Shown here: piece after piece, positions 30,193 to 40,134 of the stretch | Layout: the number at the start of each line of letters is the position of its first letter | Position numbering within the stretch: the first letter of the stretch is position 1 | Assembly: GCF_034927565.1 (NCBI RefSeq) | Contig: NZ_JAYFPT010000012.1 | Location: forward strand, 9,933-73,932 | Origin: Propionicimonas sp. | GTDB lineage: Bacteria > Actinomycetota > Actinomycetes > Propionibacteriales > Propionibacteriaceae | Direction of reading: 5' to 3' | Length of the DNA stretch: 64,000 nt | Position numbers and translations under genes: made by a program | The notes under the pieces: generated by a model | The model's input: only the letters and a program-made list of their open reading frames with translations | The model's database searches: none | Told to the model about the DNA's origin: nothing

Positions 30193-31977
30193 TCAGGCGA
30201 TCGGTGCCCATCCGGGGCCGGTCTGGCCCAGGGACTCGTCCAGCTTCGTGAACAGTGGGGTGGGCTTGGCCAGCGGGCGTCCGGGCTCGATCGGACGGGA
30301 GGCCCATACCGCCTGCTGGCCGGCGTAGTCGCCGGTCAGCACCGGGTAGTCGGGTCCGCCCTCCTCGCTGACCGTGCGGATCTCGGGTTGCGCGGACCAC
30401 ACCCCCGAACCCCCGAGGGCCTCGTGCACCTTCTGGGCGGCGTGCGGCAGGAACGGGGTGAGCAGCGTGTTCACGTCCGAGACCACTTGCAGAGCGGTGT
30501 GCAGCACGGTGTCGCGCCGGGCCACATCGTCCTTCAGCTTCCAGGGCTCAGCAGCGGAGATGTACTTGTTGGCCAGCCCGGCCATCCGCATCGCCTCGCC
30601 GATCGCCTGCTTGAACCGCGCGCGCCGCAGCAGCGACCCGACCTCGTCGAAGGCAGCCTTCGAGGAGGCCAGCAGGGCCGCGTCAGCGTCGGTCAGGGTG
30701 CTCGGCGTCGGGATCGCGCCGACGTTCTTGTGCGCCATCGAGACCGAGCGGTTCACCAGGTTGCCCCACTCGTTGGCCAACTCGAAGTTCGTGCGTCGCA
30801 CGAACTCCTCCCAGGTGAAGTCGGTGTCCTGGTTCTCCGGACCGGCGACCGCGATGAAATAGCGCAGCGCGTCCGGCCCGAACTCCTTCAGGAAGTCACC
30901 GACGTAGATCACCTGGCGCCGCGAGGTGGAGAACTTCGCCCCGCTCATGGTCAGGTATTCACTCGAGACCACCTCGGTGGGCAGGTTGAGGGTGCCGAAA
31001 ACCCCTGGCTCGCCGCCGCGGTCGCCGGCGCCGTTGTGGCCCAGCAGCATGGCCGGCCAGATCACCGAGTGGAAGACGATGTTGTCCTTGCCCATGAAGT
31101 AGTACGACTCCGCGCCGGGGTCGGTCCACCACTTCTGCCAGGCGTCCGGATCGCCGGAACGGCGCGCCCATTCCACCGAGGCGGACAGGTAGCCGATCAC
31201 CGCGTCGAACCAGACGTAGATCCGTTTCATCGGCTGGTCGCGCCAGCCGTCCAGCGGGATCGGGACGCCCCAGTCGAGGTCGCGGGTGATCGCCCGCGGC
31301 TTGAGATCCTCCAGCAGGTTCGCCGAGAACTTCAGCACGTTGGGACGCCAGTCCGTCCGGGTCGACAGCCACGTCCCCAGCGATCCGGCCACCGCAGGCA
31401 GGTCGAGGAAGAACTGCTCGGACTCGACGAACTGCGGGGTCTCCCCGTTGATCTTCGAGCGCGGGTTCTTCAACTCGATCGGGTCAAGCTGGTTGCCGCA
31501 GTTGTCGCACTGGTCGCCGCGGGCGCCGTCGTAGCCGCAGTGCGGGCAGGTGCCCTCGATGTAGCGGTCGGGCAGGGTGCGCCCGGTGGACGGCGAGATC
31601 GCCGACATCTGCGGCTTCGAGAACACGTAGCCGTTGCGGTACAGCGACAAGAACATGTCCTGCACCACCCGGTAGTGGTTGCGGGTGGTCGTCCGGGTGA
31701 ACAGGTCGTAGGACAGCCCCAGCCCGGCCAGGTCCTCGACGATCACCCGGTTGTACTTGTCGGCCAGTTCGCGGGCGGTGACGCCCTCGCTGTCGGCCTG
31801 GACGGAGATCGGGGTGCCGTGCTCGTCCGTCCCCGACACCATCAGCACGTCGTTGCCGGCCATCCGCATATAGCGGGAGAACACGTCGGAGGGGACGCCG
31901 AAACCGGACACGTGGCCGATATGCCGCGGGCCGTTGGCGTAGGGCCAGGCCACGGCGGTCAGGATGGAAGAAGTCAC
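30193..31977 (-). CDS. metG: Methionine--tRNA ligase
   Basis: [24 protein letters not shown]...GDQCDNC, YVWFDA, GKDNI.FH, KFSTS. Confidence 0.97.
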   Translation of the reverse strand: MTSSILTAVAWPYANGPRHIGHVSGFGVPSDVFSRYMRMAGNDVLMVSGTDEHGTPISVQADSEGVTARELADKYNRVIVEDLAGLGLSYDLFTRTTTRNHYRVVQDMFLSLYRNGYVFSKPQMSAISPSTGRTLPDRYIEGTCPHCGYDGARGDQCDNCGNQLDPIELKNPRSKINGETPQFVESEQFFLDLPAVAGSLGTWLSTRTDWRPNVLKFSANLLEDLKPRAITRDLDWGVPIPLDGWRDQPMKRIYVWFDAVIGYLSASVEWARRSGDPDAWQKWWTDPGAESYYFMGKDNIVFHSVIWPAMLLGHNGAGDRGGEPGVFGTLNLPTEVVSSEYLTMSGAKFSTSRRQVIYVGDFLKEFGPDALRYFIAVAGPENQDTDFTWEEFVRRTNFELANEWGNLVNRSVSMAHKNVGAIPTPSTLTDADAALLASSKAAFDEVGSLLRRARFKQAIGEAMRMAGLANKYISAAEPWKLKDDVARRDTVLHTALQVVSDVNTLLTPFLPHAAQKVHEALGGSGVWSAQPEIRTVSEEGGPDYPVLTGDYAGQQAVWASRPIEPGRPLAKPTPLFTKLDESLGQTGPGWAPIA

Positions 31978-32038
31978 GGAAACCGATCTTATCGGCCCGC
32001 CAGCGACCTGGTTGCAGCCGGAACCAGCCTCGGCCGGG

Positions 32039-32106
32039 CAGGTGAACAGCAGGTGACGGAGGCGAATGATGCCATATCCCGGCCGTTTCCTCCACGTTTA
32101 CATCCA
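32039..32106. promoter_or_regulatory. Possible PHO-box-like 11-nt direct repeats upstream of pit
   Basis: caggtgaacag|caggtgacgga (minus strand contains GTTCAC) and gtttcctccac|gtttacatcca. Confidence 0.4.
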
Positions 32107-32125
32107 CCGCCGTTTCGGCCCTACG

Positions 32126-33364
32126 ATGGTGGGCGTGCCCGCCGAGTTCGTCCTGTTGGCCCTTGTCGTCCTGACCGCACTGGCCTTCGACTTCACCAAC
32201 GGGTTCCACGACACCGCCAACGCGATGGCGACGTCCATCGCGACCAAGGCGCTCACCCCGAAGGCCGCTGTCAGCCTCAGCGCGATCCTGAATCTGGTGG
32301 GCGCCTTCTTGTCGGTCGAGGTCGCGATCACCGTCACCAATGCCGTGATCCGGATCCAGAACGCGGACGGAACCCCGCGCCCGGAACTGACCGCGGACGG
32401 CGGCTCTCCGCTGCTGCTGATCCTGCTGGCGGGCCTGGCCGGAGGGATCCTGTGGAACATCCTGACCTGGTTGTGGGGGCTGCCGTCCAGTTCCTCCCAC
32501 GCCCTGTTCGGCGGTCTGATCGGTGCCACCATCGCGGGTTTCGGCTTCGACAGCGTCAAGTGGGTCGGCGAGGGCAACCACCTCGACGGTGTGGTGGGCA
32601 AGGTGATCCTGCCCGCCCTGCTGTCACCGACCATCGCCATCGTCGTGGCCTTCATCGGCACCAAGCTGGTGTTCTGGGTCACCGAGGGCGTCAACCGGCA
32701 CTACCAGGAAGCCGGCTTCCGCTGGGGCCAGATCGGGACGGCGTCGCTGCTGTCGCTCTCCCACGGCACCAACGACGCCCAGAAGACGATGGGCGTGATC
32801 ACTCTCGGGCTGCTGGCCTCCGGGCACTGGACCGACACCCACCAGGTACCGCTGTGGGTGAAGCTCGCCTGTGCGCTCGCGATCGCCTCGGGCACCTACC
32901 TGGGCGGCTGGCGGATCATCCGCACCATGGGCAAGGGCCTGGTCGAGATCTCCTCACCGCAGGGCATGGCCGCCGAGAGTGCCTCTGCCGCGGTCATCCT
33001 CACTTCCAGTCAGTTCGGTTTCCCGCTGTCGACCACCCACGTGGCCACCGGCTCCATCCTCGGCTCCGGGCTGGGTCGCAAGGGTGCCGAGGTGCGGTGG
33101 GGTGTGGCCGGACGGATGGGCCTGGCCTGGCTGATCACCCTGCCCGCCGCGGCCCTGGTCGGAGCCGCCATGTGGCTGGTCGGGCATCTGGTCGGCGGTG
33201 CCGCCGGCGGGTTCGTGATCGCCGCGATCATGATTGCCGCCTGGCTGTGGATGTGGCTGCACTCCCGCAAGTCGCACGTCAGCCACCACAACGTCAACGA
33301 CGAGTGGGAGCCTGAGCCGGCGCCCGAACCCGTCCCGGCCTCGACGACGGGGAGCGAACAGTGA
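32126..33364 (+). CDS. pit: PiT family inorganic phosphate transporter
   Basis: FTNGFHDTANA, GLPSSSSHA, HGTNDAQK, PLSTTH. Confidence 0.93.
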   Translation: MVGVPAEFVLLALVVLTALAFDFTNGFHDTANAMATSIATKALTPKAAVSLSAILNLVGAFLSVEVAITVTNAVIRIQNADGTPRPELTADGGSPLLLILLAGLAGGILWNILTWLWGLPSSSSHALFGGLIGATIAGFGFDSVKWVGEGNHLDGVVGKVILPALLSPTIAIVVAFIGTKLVFWVTEGVNRHYQEAGFRWGQIGTASLLSLSHGTNDAQKTMGVITLGLLASGHWTDTHQVPLWVKLACALAIASGTYLGGWRIIRTMGKGLVEISSPQGMAAESASAAVILTSSQFGFPLSTTHVATGSILGSGLGRKGAEVRWGVAGRMGLAWLITLPAAALVGAAMWLVGHLVGGAAGGFVIAAIMIAAWLWMWLHSRKSHVSHHNVNDEWEPEPAPEPVPASTTGSEQ

Positions 33365-33672
33365 ACCAGATCCTGGCCGCCCTCGACGCCGCCTGGCGCA
33401 TCCTGGTCGTCGGCATCGTGCTCGGCGCGATCCTGCCAACCCTGTTCGGCTTCGGAATCCGCGCGCTCGCCTGGGGTACCGGCGGTGATGCCGAGACCCA
33501 CGACGAGGGCGTCATGCCACCGCCGCACCCGGTCGGCCGCTGGATCGCCGGGGCGATCTTCGCCCTGGTCATCGTGGTCGTCCTGCTCGGCCTGGGCTAC
33601 ATCCTCGCCCACGGGCTGGGGATGACCATCACCTTCAACGGCCTGATGCCGGTCTTCACGCCGAAGGCGTAG
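33361..33672 (+). CDS. Small membrane protein coupled to pit
   Basis: Two hydrophobic segments, GA.LP.LF..G; GTGA overlap. Confidence 0.75.
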   Translation: MNQILAALDAAWRILVVGIVLGAILPTLFGFGIRALAWGTGGDAETHDEGVMPPPHPVGRWIAGAIFALVIVVVLLGLGYILAHGLGMTITFNGLMPVFTPKA

Positions 33673-33743
33673 CGAACTCCCGGCGGGCCCAGAAGGACGC
33701 CCGGATCGTGCCCTCGCGCCAAAGGGCGGAGCGTTCCCGCACC

Positions 33744-36455
33744 TCAACGGGTCTGGACGAACACCGCCACCGTCCGCGCCGGGACGACGAAGCCCGCCTG
33801 TTCCACCACCGCCTGCCTGACCACCTCGTCAATGCCCGCGGCCTGGACGGGGTGCAGCGTCATGCCGTCGGTCCCGAACGGCACTGCCTGACGCACCGTC
33901 CCCGGGGTCGGGTTGAACACCACCACCACCCGCTCGAACCCCTGATCCAGCTGGGGAACGGTTCCTCGTGGAGTCACGCTCCGGCTCAGGCGGGAACCGT
34001 CCTGGCTCAGGGTGCCGTCGATCGCCATCACCGCCACACCGGGCAACTGCTGACCGGTGCCGGAGACCGGGAAGCTGACCGCGGCCTCGATCGCGGCGGC
34101 AGTCCGCAGCCGAAACAGCGGAGTGGAGGCCCGCAGCCGTAGCAGGTCCAGCGCCATCGCGTGGGCGAACCGGATGTCCTCCGGTGCCGGTTTCAGCGCC
34201 GGATTGGCCAGCAGTGGGCGCAGGATGTCCCAGTTCGGGCCGTTGTCACGCTCCGGCGGCAGGCCGGCGGCGAAGCCGTTGTCGGTCATCGAGAAGTCGA
34301 GGAAGTTGAACCAGTCGCCGGAGCTGTAGGAGTTACGGTCCAGGCTCTTCGACCGCAGCAGGTCCGTCCCGGCGTGCCACAGCACCGGCGACTGGCCGAG
34401 GGTGGCCAGCGCCAGGCAGACCGTGTTCAGCCGCACCCGGTCGCGCATCGGAGTGTCGACCGGCAGTTTCAGGATGAGCGCGTCGAACAGGGTCTCGTTG
34501 TCGTGGGCGTCGACATAGCTGATCACCTCGTCGGGCTGGTCGGCATAGCCCGCCTGCCGGCCGTGGTAGTCCAACTCGTCCCCGCGCACGTCTCGGCGCA
34601 GCGAGTTGGCCCGGAACCGGTAGCTGCGCAGCGTCCCGGCCAGGCCCAACTGCACCAGGTCGGTGTCCGACGCCAGCCGCTCGCCGGAGCCGGTACGGTT
34701 CCACTCCGGCACGTGGCCGTTGTCGGCCGTCACCAGGCCGGTGCCGAAGCCCTGGATCCGTGGGTCGCCGAAGCCGCTGCCGCGCACAGCGTCCCGCAGC
34801 CGGTCGGAGAAGGTGGCGATCGAGGTACCGCCCAGCTGGCCCTGGCTGGCCTGGACGAAGCGGGCGTTGTCGGCCACCTCGCCGAAATTCCAGCCCTCGC
34901 CGTACAGCGTGATCGCGCGGCCGTCGACCCCGTCGGCCGCCACCGTGAGCGCATCCAACCCGGCCCGGACGGCAAGCAGGTTGTCCCGGCTGTGGTGGGC
35001 CATCAGGTCGAACCGGAAGCCGTCCACCCGGTAGTGCCGGGCCCAGGACACACAGGCGTCCACCATCAGCTTCTGGGCCATCAGATGCTCGGTGGCGACG
35101 TTCGGGCAGCAGGTGGAGGTCTCCACCTCGCCGCAGCCGGTGAGCCGGTGGTAGTAGCCCGGGACGATCCGGTCGAGCACACTGTGGCTGTCCTGCCCGG
35201 CGCTGGCGGTGTGGTTGAACACCATGTCGAGCACCACCCGCAGCCCGATGGCGTGCAGCGAACCCACCATGGTGCGGAACTCGGCGATGCGACCCGGCCC
35301 GTCCGCGCTGGCCAGGGTGGCGGCGTACGACCCCTCGGGAGCGAAGTAGTGCCAGGGGTCATAGCCCCAGTTGTAGGCGCTGGCCGCCTGGGTGATCCGG
35401 GCCTGCTGCTCCGGCGAGTTCGCCGGGAAGGCGCGCAACTCGCGTTTCGCCGGACGCTCCCGCTGGTCGGGACGCTCCTCCACCGAGGCATTGTCGAACA
35501 CCGGCAGCAGCTGGACACAGGTCAGCCCAGCCTGCGCCAGTCGGCGCAGGTGCGCCATGCCGTTGGAGTCGGCGCCGAATGCGGCGAAGCTGCCCCGGAG
35601 TTCCTTGGGGACGGTGGCGTCGCTGACCGAGAAGTCGCGCACATGGAGTTCGTAGATCACCTGGTCGACCGGGTGGGCCAGCGGCGGGCTGGGGGTGCCG
35701 GCCCACAGCGCCGGCGCGAACGCCGGGTCGGTGAGGTCGGCCAGGACCGAGTGGGTGGAGTTGACCGTGAGGGCCACCGAGTACGGGTCGGTGACCTGGT
35801 TGGAGACCACCCGTCCGTACTCTCCGACGAAGACCGTCACCTCGAAGCGGTAGCGGGCACCCCGCCAGGAGACAGCTCCGGTCAGCTCCCACACCCCGTC
35901 CGGACGGCGGGTCATCGGCAACGCCTGGGGCGGTTCGTCGAGGCTGTCGTCTGCACCCCACAGCAGCAACCGCACCCGCTGGGCAGTCGGCGCCCAGACC
36001 CGCAGGGTGGGGACGTCGCGCCGCCAGTCAACGCCCAGCGTGGCGTCGGCGGCAGCGGCGTAGACCTCGTCCAGCACCCCGGGCAGTTGCAGCGCACCGG
36101 CGAGCACCAGCCTGCCGGAGGGCTCGTGGGCGCTGACCGCCAGCTGGCCGCACAGCGCCTCCTCCACCGGCACCCAGTCGGGGACGTGCAGCGCCAGGTG
36201 CCCGCGCAGGTGCGGGACGGTGCGCGCCACCTGATCCGGCAAGCCGTCCGAGAGCGGTCGCAGCACCGCCGTCCCCCACGGCACCGGTTCGGGTTCGCGG
36301 GGGTCGATCGGCTCCGACATCGACCAATGGAGCACCCAGTCGAGTTCCGCGGGATCGACACCGGCCGGCAGGTCATCGGCCGGCCAGGCGATCAGGCCGC
36401 GCCGCAGCCAGTGACCACGGGCCACGGCGAGTTCAGGCAGATCGGCGGCGAACAC
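33744..36455 (-). CDS. Pullulanase-type alpha-1,6-glucosidase (GH13)
   Basis: YELHVRDFS, YNWGYDP, DMVFNHT, DGFRFDLM, YGEGWNF, YVDAHDNET. Confidence 0.92.
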   Translation of the reverse strand: MFAADLPELAVARGHWLRRGLIAWPADDLPAGVDPAELDWVLHWSMSEPIDPREPEPVPWGTAVLRPLSDGLPDQVARTVPHLRGHLALHVPDWVPVEEALCGQLAVSAHEPSGRLVLAGALQLPGVLDEVYAAAADATLGVDWRRDVPTLRVWAPTAQRVRLLLWGADDSLDEPPQALPMTRRPDGVWELTGAVSWRGARYRFEVTVFVGEYGRVVSNQVTDPYSVALTVNSTHSVLADLTDPAFAPALWAGTPSPPLAHPVDQVIYELHVRDFSVSDATVPKELRGSFAAFGADSNGMAHLRRLAQAGLTCVQLLPVFDNASVEERPDQRERPAKRELRAFPANSPEQQARITQAASAYNWGYDPWHYFAPEGSYAATLASADGPGRIAEFRTMVGSLHAIGLRVVLDMVFNHTASAGQDSHSVLDRIVPGYYHRLTGCGEVETSTCCPNVATEHLMAQKLMVDACVSWARHYRVDGFRFDLMAHHSRDNLLAVRAGLDALTVAADGVDGRAITLYGEGWNFGEVADNARFVQASQGQLGGTSIATFSDRLRDAVRGSGFGDPRIQGFGTGLVTADNGHVPEWNRTGSGERLASDTDLVQLGLAGTLRSYRFRANSLRRDVRGDELDYHGRQAGYADQPDEVISYVDAHDNETLFDALILKLPVDTPMRDRVRLNTVCLALATLGQSPVLWHAGTDLLRSKSLDRNSYSSGDWFNFLDFSMTDNGFAAGLPPERDNGPNWDILRPLLANPALKPAPEDIRFAHAMALDLLRLRASTPLFRLRTAAAIEAAVSFPVSGTGQQLPGVAVMAIDGTLSQDGSRLSRSVTPRGTVPQLDQGFERVVVVFNPTPGTVRQAVPFGTDGMTLHPVQAAGIDEVVRQAVVEQAGFVVPARTVAVFVQTR

Positions 36456-36497
36456 CTCGTCGATTCTGCCCCAGACCTGGCCGACCTGCGGGGAGGT

Positions 36498-36875
36498 TCA
36501 GCGGGGACGCGCGGCGTCGGCGACCGACTGCGAGGTGGCGCCCGGCTCGCCCTCGGGGATCGCCCGGACCACCACGGCGGTGCCGTAGCCGCAGATCTCG
36601 GTGAAGGCCTGGCCGATGTCGCCGGTGTCGAACCGGAAGCCGACGATGGCGTTGCCGCCGCGGTTCGCCGCCTCGGTCCACAGCCGCTCCATCACCTGCT
36701 GCCGCGATTCGTAGACCAGCTTGGTGTACTCGGTGACCTCGCCGCCGCCGATCGAGCGCAGGCCGGCGACGAAGTTCGCGCCGATGTTGGCGGCGCGCAC
36801 GGTCATTCCCATCACCTCCCCGAGCACTGCCTCGATCCGGTAGCCGGGGATGTCGTTCGTGGTGACGATCAGCAT
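36498..36875 (-). CDS. YbjQ/UPF0145 family protein
   Basis: VTTNDIPGY, G.V.G, GGEV..Y, GNAIVG.RFD, YGTAV. Confidence 0.88.
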   Translation of the reverse strand: MLIVTTNDIPGYRIEAVLGEVMGMTVRAANIGANFVAGLRSIGGGEVTEYTKLVYESRQQVMERLWTEAANRGGNAIVGFRFDTGDIGQAFTEICGYGTAVVVRAIPEGEPGATSQSVADAARPR

Positions 36876-36989
36876 GAGCTCATCCTAGGGAGACGCCGGT
36901 CACCGAGATCGCCACGGTGGCCGGTCTGATCGAAACCGGTTGTCACAGGCCGATTGCCGCCGGGCCCGGCCAGCACGCCTCGCCGCCGG

Positions 36990-38015
36990 TCAGGAGCGGA
37001 CGGCGGCGGTCCGCGCTGCCCGGTTCGGCTGGCTGACGGCGACCCGGTCCAGAAAGCGGCGGGCGCCTGCACCGACGCCGGGCTGCAGCCAGGCCGGCTC
37101 CACCTTCACCAGCTCCACCTGGGTACCAACCGAGGCAAGCACCACCGGCAGCGTGTAGCCCACCGAGGAGGGAAACCCGACCACCCGCTCGGCGACCGGG
37201 CCACGGCGCAATTCCAGCTCGAGCGGGACCTGGGGACGAACCACCTGCAGCCCGGTGCGCGCCTCGATCAGCGCCAGCTTGCCGGGCGCCTCCCGGCGGT
37301 GGGCGTAGTACCGTCCGGGCGTCCCGCCGGCCAGCGCGCCGATCTGGTCGAGGTAGGAGCCGGCGGCCACCATCCCGGACTCCACCAGGGAAGTCCCGAT
37401 GATGTCGGTGCCGGGGACCACCTGCGGCCGGGCGAATCGCCGCCTGGTCCAGTCGTAGCGGTTGGGAAGCACGACCAGGCCCGGCATCCGCGCGGTGGGC
37501 ATCACGGTGAACACCGTCACCGGACGGTTCGGCGAGGGGGTGAAGATCCGGCGCGCCCGGGTCGCGGACGGGCGGCGCAGCCGTGCCCGCAGTCCGTTCT
37601 CCGGGGCGTCCCAGCGCAGCAGCGGCGACCGCTCGGCCACCCGCGCGGTGAACTCCATGGTCGCGGTGCCGTCGTCCACCACGACCAGGCCGCTGCCGCG
37701 GTAGCCGGGCAGGAGCAGTTGCACCAGGCCGGAGAACGGGTCGCCGACCACCAGCCGGTCGGCCGCGGCCACCTGCCGGCGCAGCACGGGAAGGCTAGCG
37801 AGCAGCGCGCCCGTCCCCTGCCGGGGGTCGTGCCAGCGGACCTCGATCCCCTCCTCGTCGGCGTAGCCCAGCATCGCCACCAACTGCCGGCGACTCGTGG
37901 TGTCGCGCGGTGCGAGGACGGCCACCTGCGTCCGTTCTGCGGAGTCGGTGGCGTGGCACCACTCCAGAACGTGCAGCAGTTGGACGGGGCTCTCGACCAG
38001 CGCGAGAGCTGTCAC
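36990..38015 (-). CDS. Hypothetical protein, candidate ulosonate glycosyltransferase/polymerase
   Basis: ESPVQLL, GDPFSG, VDDGTAT, YYAHRRE, FPSS; last gene of the neuAB-like operon. Confidence 0.6.
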   Translation of the reverse strand: MTALALVESPVQLLHVLEWCHATDSAERTQVAVLAPRDTTSRRQLVAMLGYADEEGIEVRWHDPRQGTGALLASLPVLRRQVAAADRLVVGDPFSGLVQLLLPGYRGSGLVVVDDGTATMEFTARVAERSPLLRWDAPENGLRARLRRPSATRARRIFTPSPNRPVTVFTVMPTARMPGLVVLPNRYDWTRRRFARPQVVPGTDIIGTSLVESGMVAAGSYLDQIGALAGGTPGRYYAHRREAPGKLALIEARTGLQVVRPQVPLELELRRGPVAERVVGFPSSVGYTLPVVLASVGTQVELVKVEPAWLQPGVGAGARRFLDRVAVSQPNRAARTAAVRS

Positions 38016-38938
38016 GCGACCGCTCCGGCCTGGGCCTCGGCCACGACGCCGGCTACCCGGCGCAGCTTGCGCATCGCGGCCAGTTCACCCGGGTAGACCT
38101 GCTTCACACCGTCGCCGAGCGCCTGCTCGATCACCCGGATGTCGCGCACCAGCCGGACCAGCCCGGAGGGCTCCACGGAGGCGGCCTGGTCGGAGCCCCA
38201 CATCGCCCGGTCCAGGGTGATGTGCCGCTCGACCATCACCGCACCGCGCGCCACCGCCGCGACCGTGGTCTGCAGCCCGGTCTCGTGGCCGGAGTAGCCG
38301 ATCGGGACGTTGGGGTAGTCGGCCATCAGGGTGTCGATCATCCGCAGGTTGAGTTCCTCCGGCGGTGCCGGGTAGGTGCTGGTGGCGTGCAGCAACACGG
38401 TGTTGCGGCTGCCGAGCACCTCGACGGCATGCCGGATCTGCTCGGGGGTCGACATGCCGGTGGACAGCACGATCGTCCGTCCGGTGGCCCGCAGCGCGCG
38501 CAGCAGCTGGTCGTCGGTCAGGCTGGCCGAGGCCACCTTGTGGGCGGGTAGGTCGAACTGGGACAGGAAGTCGACGCTCTCGACATCCCACGGCGAGGCG
38601 AACCAGTGGATGCCCTTGTCGCGGGCATAGCTGTCGATCGCCCGGTACTCGGCCTCGCCGAACTCGACCCGGTGGCGGTAGTCGAGGTAGGTCATCCGGC
38701 CCCAGGGGGTGTCGCGTTCGATGTCCCACTGGTCGCGCGGGGTGCATACCTCGGGCGTCCGCTTCTGGAACTTCACCGCGTCGAGGCCGGCCTCGACGGC
38801 ACTGTCGATGAGCTTGAGGGCGTTGTCGAGGTCGCCGTTGTGGTTGATCCCGATCTCGCCGATCAGGTAGACCGGCTGGCCGGGACCGACCAGGCGGTCT
38901 CCGAGCCGACGCAGCCGGGGGTTGAGGTCTGCGGTCAT
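38012..38938 (-). CDS. neuB: N-acetylneuraminate/Kdn synthase family (NeuB-like), no C-terminal SAF domain
   Basis: IGEIGINHNGD, VKFQKR, KVASA, LSTGMS, STYP, GYSGHE, ERHITLDR. Confidence 0.9.
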   Translation of the reverse strand: MTADLNPRLRRLGDRLVGPGQPVYLIGEIGINHNGDLDNALKLIDSAVEAGLDAVKFQKRTPEVCTPRDQWDIERDTPWGRMTYLDYRHRVEFGEAEYRAIDSYARDKGIHWFASPWDVESVDFLSQFDLPAHKVASASLTDDQLLRALRATGRTIVLSTGMSTPEQIRHAVEVLGSRNTVLLHATSTYPAPPEELNLRMIDTLMADYPNVPIGYSGHETGLQTTVAAVARGAVMVERHITLDRAMWGSDQAASVEPSGLVRLVRDIRVIEQALGDGVKQVYPGELAAMRKLRRVAGVVAEAQAGAVA

Positions 38939-40134
38939 GACAGGTCCTTTCCGAGGATCCACGAGGCGATCTCGTGGACGGCGCCGTACCCGCCGGGCAC
39001 GGAGGTGACGGCCCGGGCGGCTGCCCGAACCGGGGGATGGGCGGAGGCGACCGCCACCGGCCAGCCCACCTCGGCGAAGGCGGGCAGGTCGTTGACGTCG
39101 TTGCCGAGGTAGAGGACGCGGGCCGGGTCGATGTCCTGCTCGGCACACCAGGCGCTCAGGGCCTCGCCCTTGGCGGCGATGCCCTGCCGGCAGGCAACGC
39201 CGAGCTTGGCTGCCCGGGCCGAGACCACCGGATTGGTCTCGGTGGAGAGGATCAGGACGGGGATCCCGGCGCGGCGCAGCGCGGCGACGCCCATACCGTC
39301 GCCGCGGTGCACCGCCACCTGCTCGCTGCCGTCGGCATCCAGCCAGACCCGGTCGTCGGTCTGGGTGCCGTCGAAGTCGAGCACCACGGCGTCCACCTCG
39401 GCGCGGGTGGGGCGCCCGGTCGAGGTGTCGAGCAGCGGAGCGAGCAGCCGGGCCCGCTCCAGGTCGCCAGGCTCGTCGATTTCCAGGACCCGCTCGGCGG
39501 GGGTCTCGACCGCCGCGATGACACCGAAGAAGCGTCGCCGCTTGGCCCAGAGGCCTTCCCCGCGCATCGCATAGGCCGCGCCGGTCTCCAGCAGCTCGAC
39601 CGGCCGCTCCTGGCGCCGCGCCCGCCGCTTGTGGTGGTGGTTGACCGCCACCGCACCGTCCGGCTCGGGCCGCCACAGGAAGCCGTGGAAGCGGGCGGCG
39701 GTGAAGGCGGTGTCGACACCGTCCAGCACTGCCTGCGCGAGGTCGTCGAGTTCGGCCGGAGTGGTGAAGGGGCTGGTGCACTGCACCAGCAGCACCACGT
39801 CGACCTGGTCGGCAGCCTTGCCGTAGAGCACCTCCAGGGCGTGGAGTACCGCCTCCTCGCTCCCGGCGGTGTCCCCAGACAGTTCGGGTGGCCGGGTCAC
39901 GACCAGGGCGCCGGCCTGCCGGGCGGCGTCGGCGATCGCCTGGTCGTCGGTGGAGACCACGACCGAGGTGAGCCGGGTGGCCGCCAGGCAGGTGCGGACG
40001 GCACGGACCACCAGCGGCACGCCGCCGACCAGGGCGAGGTTCTTGCCGGGCACTCCCTTGGAGCCGCCGCGCGCCGGGATCACGGCGACCACCTCGGGAG
40101 TGCGATGGGCGGGCTGGACCTGGCCGGTGTTCAC
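38935..40134 (-). CDS. neuA: Acylneuraminate cytidylyltransferase fused to a KdsC-like HAD phosphatase
   Basis: IPARGGSKGVPGKN, QCTSPF, EIDEP.D; C-terminal LDFDGTQTD, DGMG, GNDVND. Confidence 0.88.
   Translation of the reverse strand: MNTGQVQPAHRTPEVVAVIPARGGSKGVPGKNLALVGGVPLVVRAVRTCLAATRLTSVVVSTDDQAIADAARQAGALVVTRPPELSGDTAGSEEAVLHALEVLYGKAADQVDVVLLVQCTSPFTTPAELDDLAQAVLDGVDTAFTAARFHGFLWRPEPDGAVAVNHHHKRRARRQERPVELLETGAAYAMRGEGLWAKRRRFFGVIAAVETPAERVLEIDEPGDLERARLLAPLLDTSTGRPTRAEVDAVVLDFDGTQTDDRVWLDADGSEQVAVHRGDGMGVAALRRAGIPVLILSTETNPVVSARAAKLGVACRQGIAAKGEALSAWCAEQDIDPARVLYLGNDVNDLPAFAEVGWPVAVASAHPPVRAAARAVTSVPGGYGAVHEIASWILGKDLS

Noticed and set aside
30079-33315. 1078-aa plus-strand ORF
   Set aside because: Overlaps metG antisense and pit out of frame; no recognisable domains.
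33947-34005. Short hairpin inside the pullulanase 3' region as an inserted repeat
   Set aside because: Only about 10 bp of pairing and no second copy recognised.
34161-36929. 922-aa plus-strand ORF
   Set aside because: Antisense shadow of the pullulanase gene.
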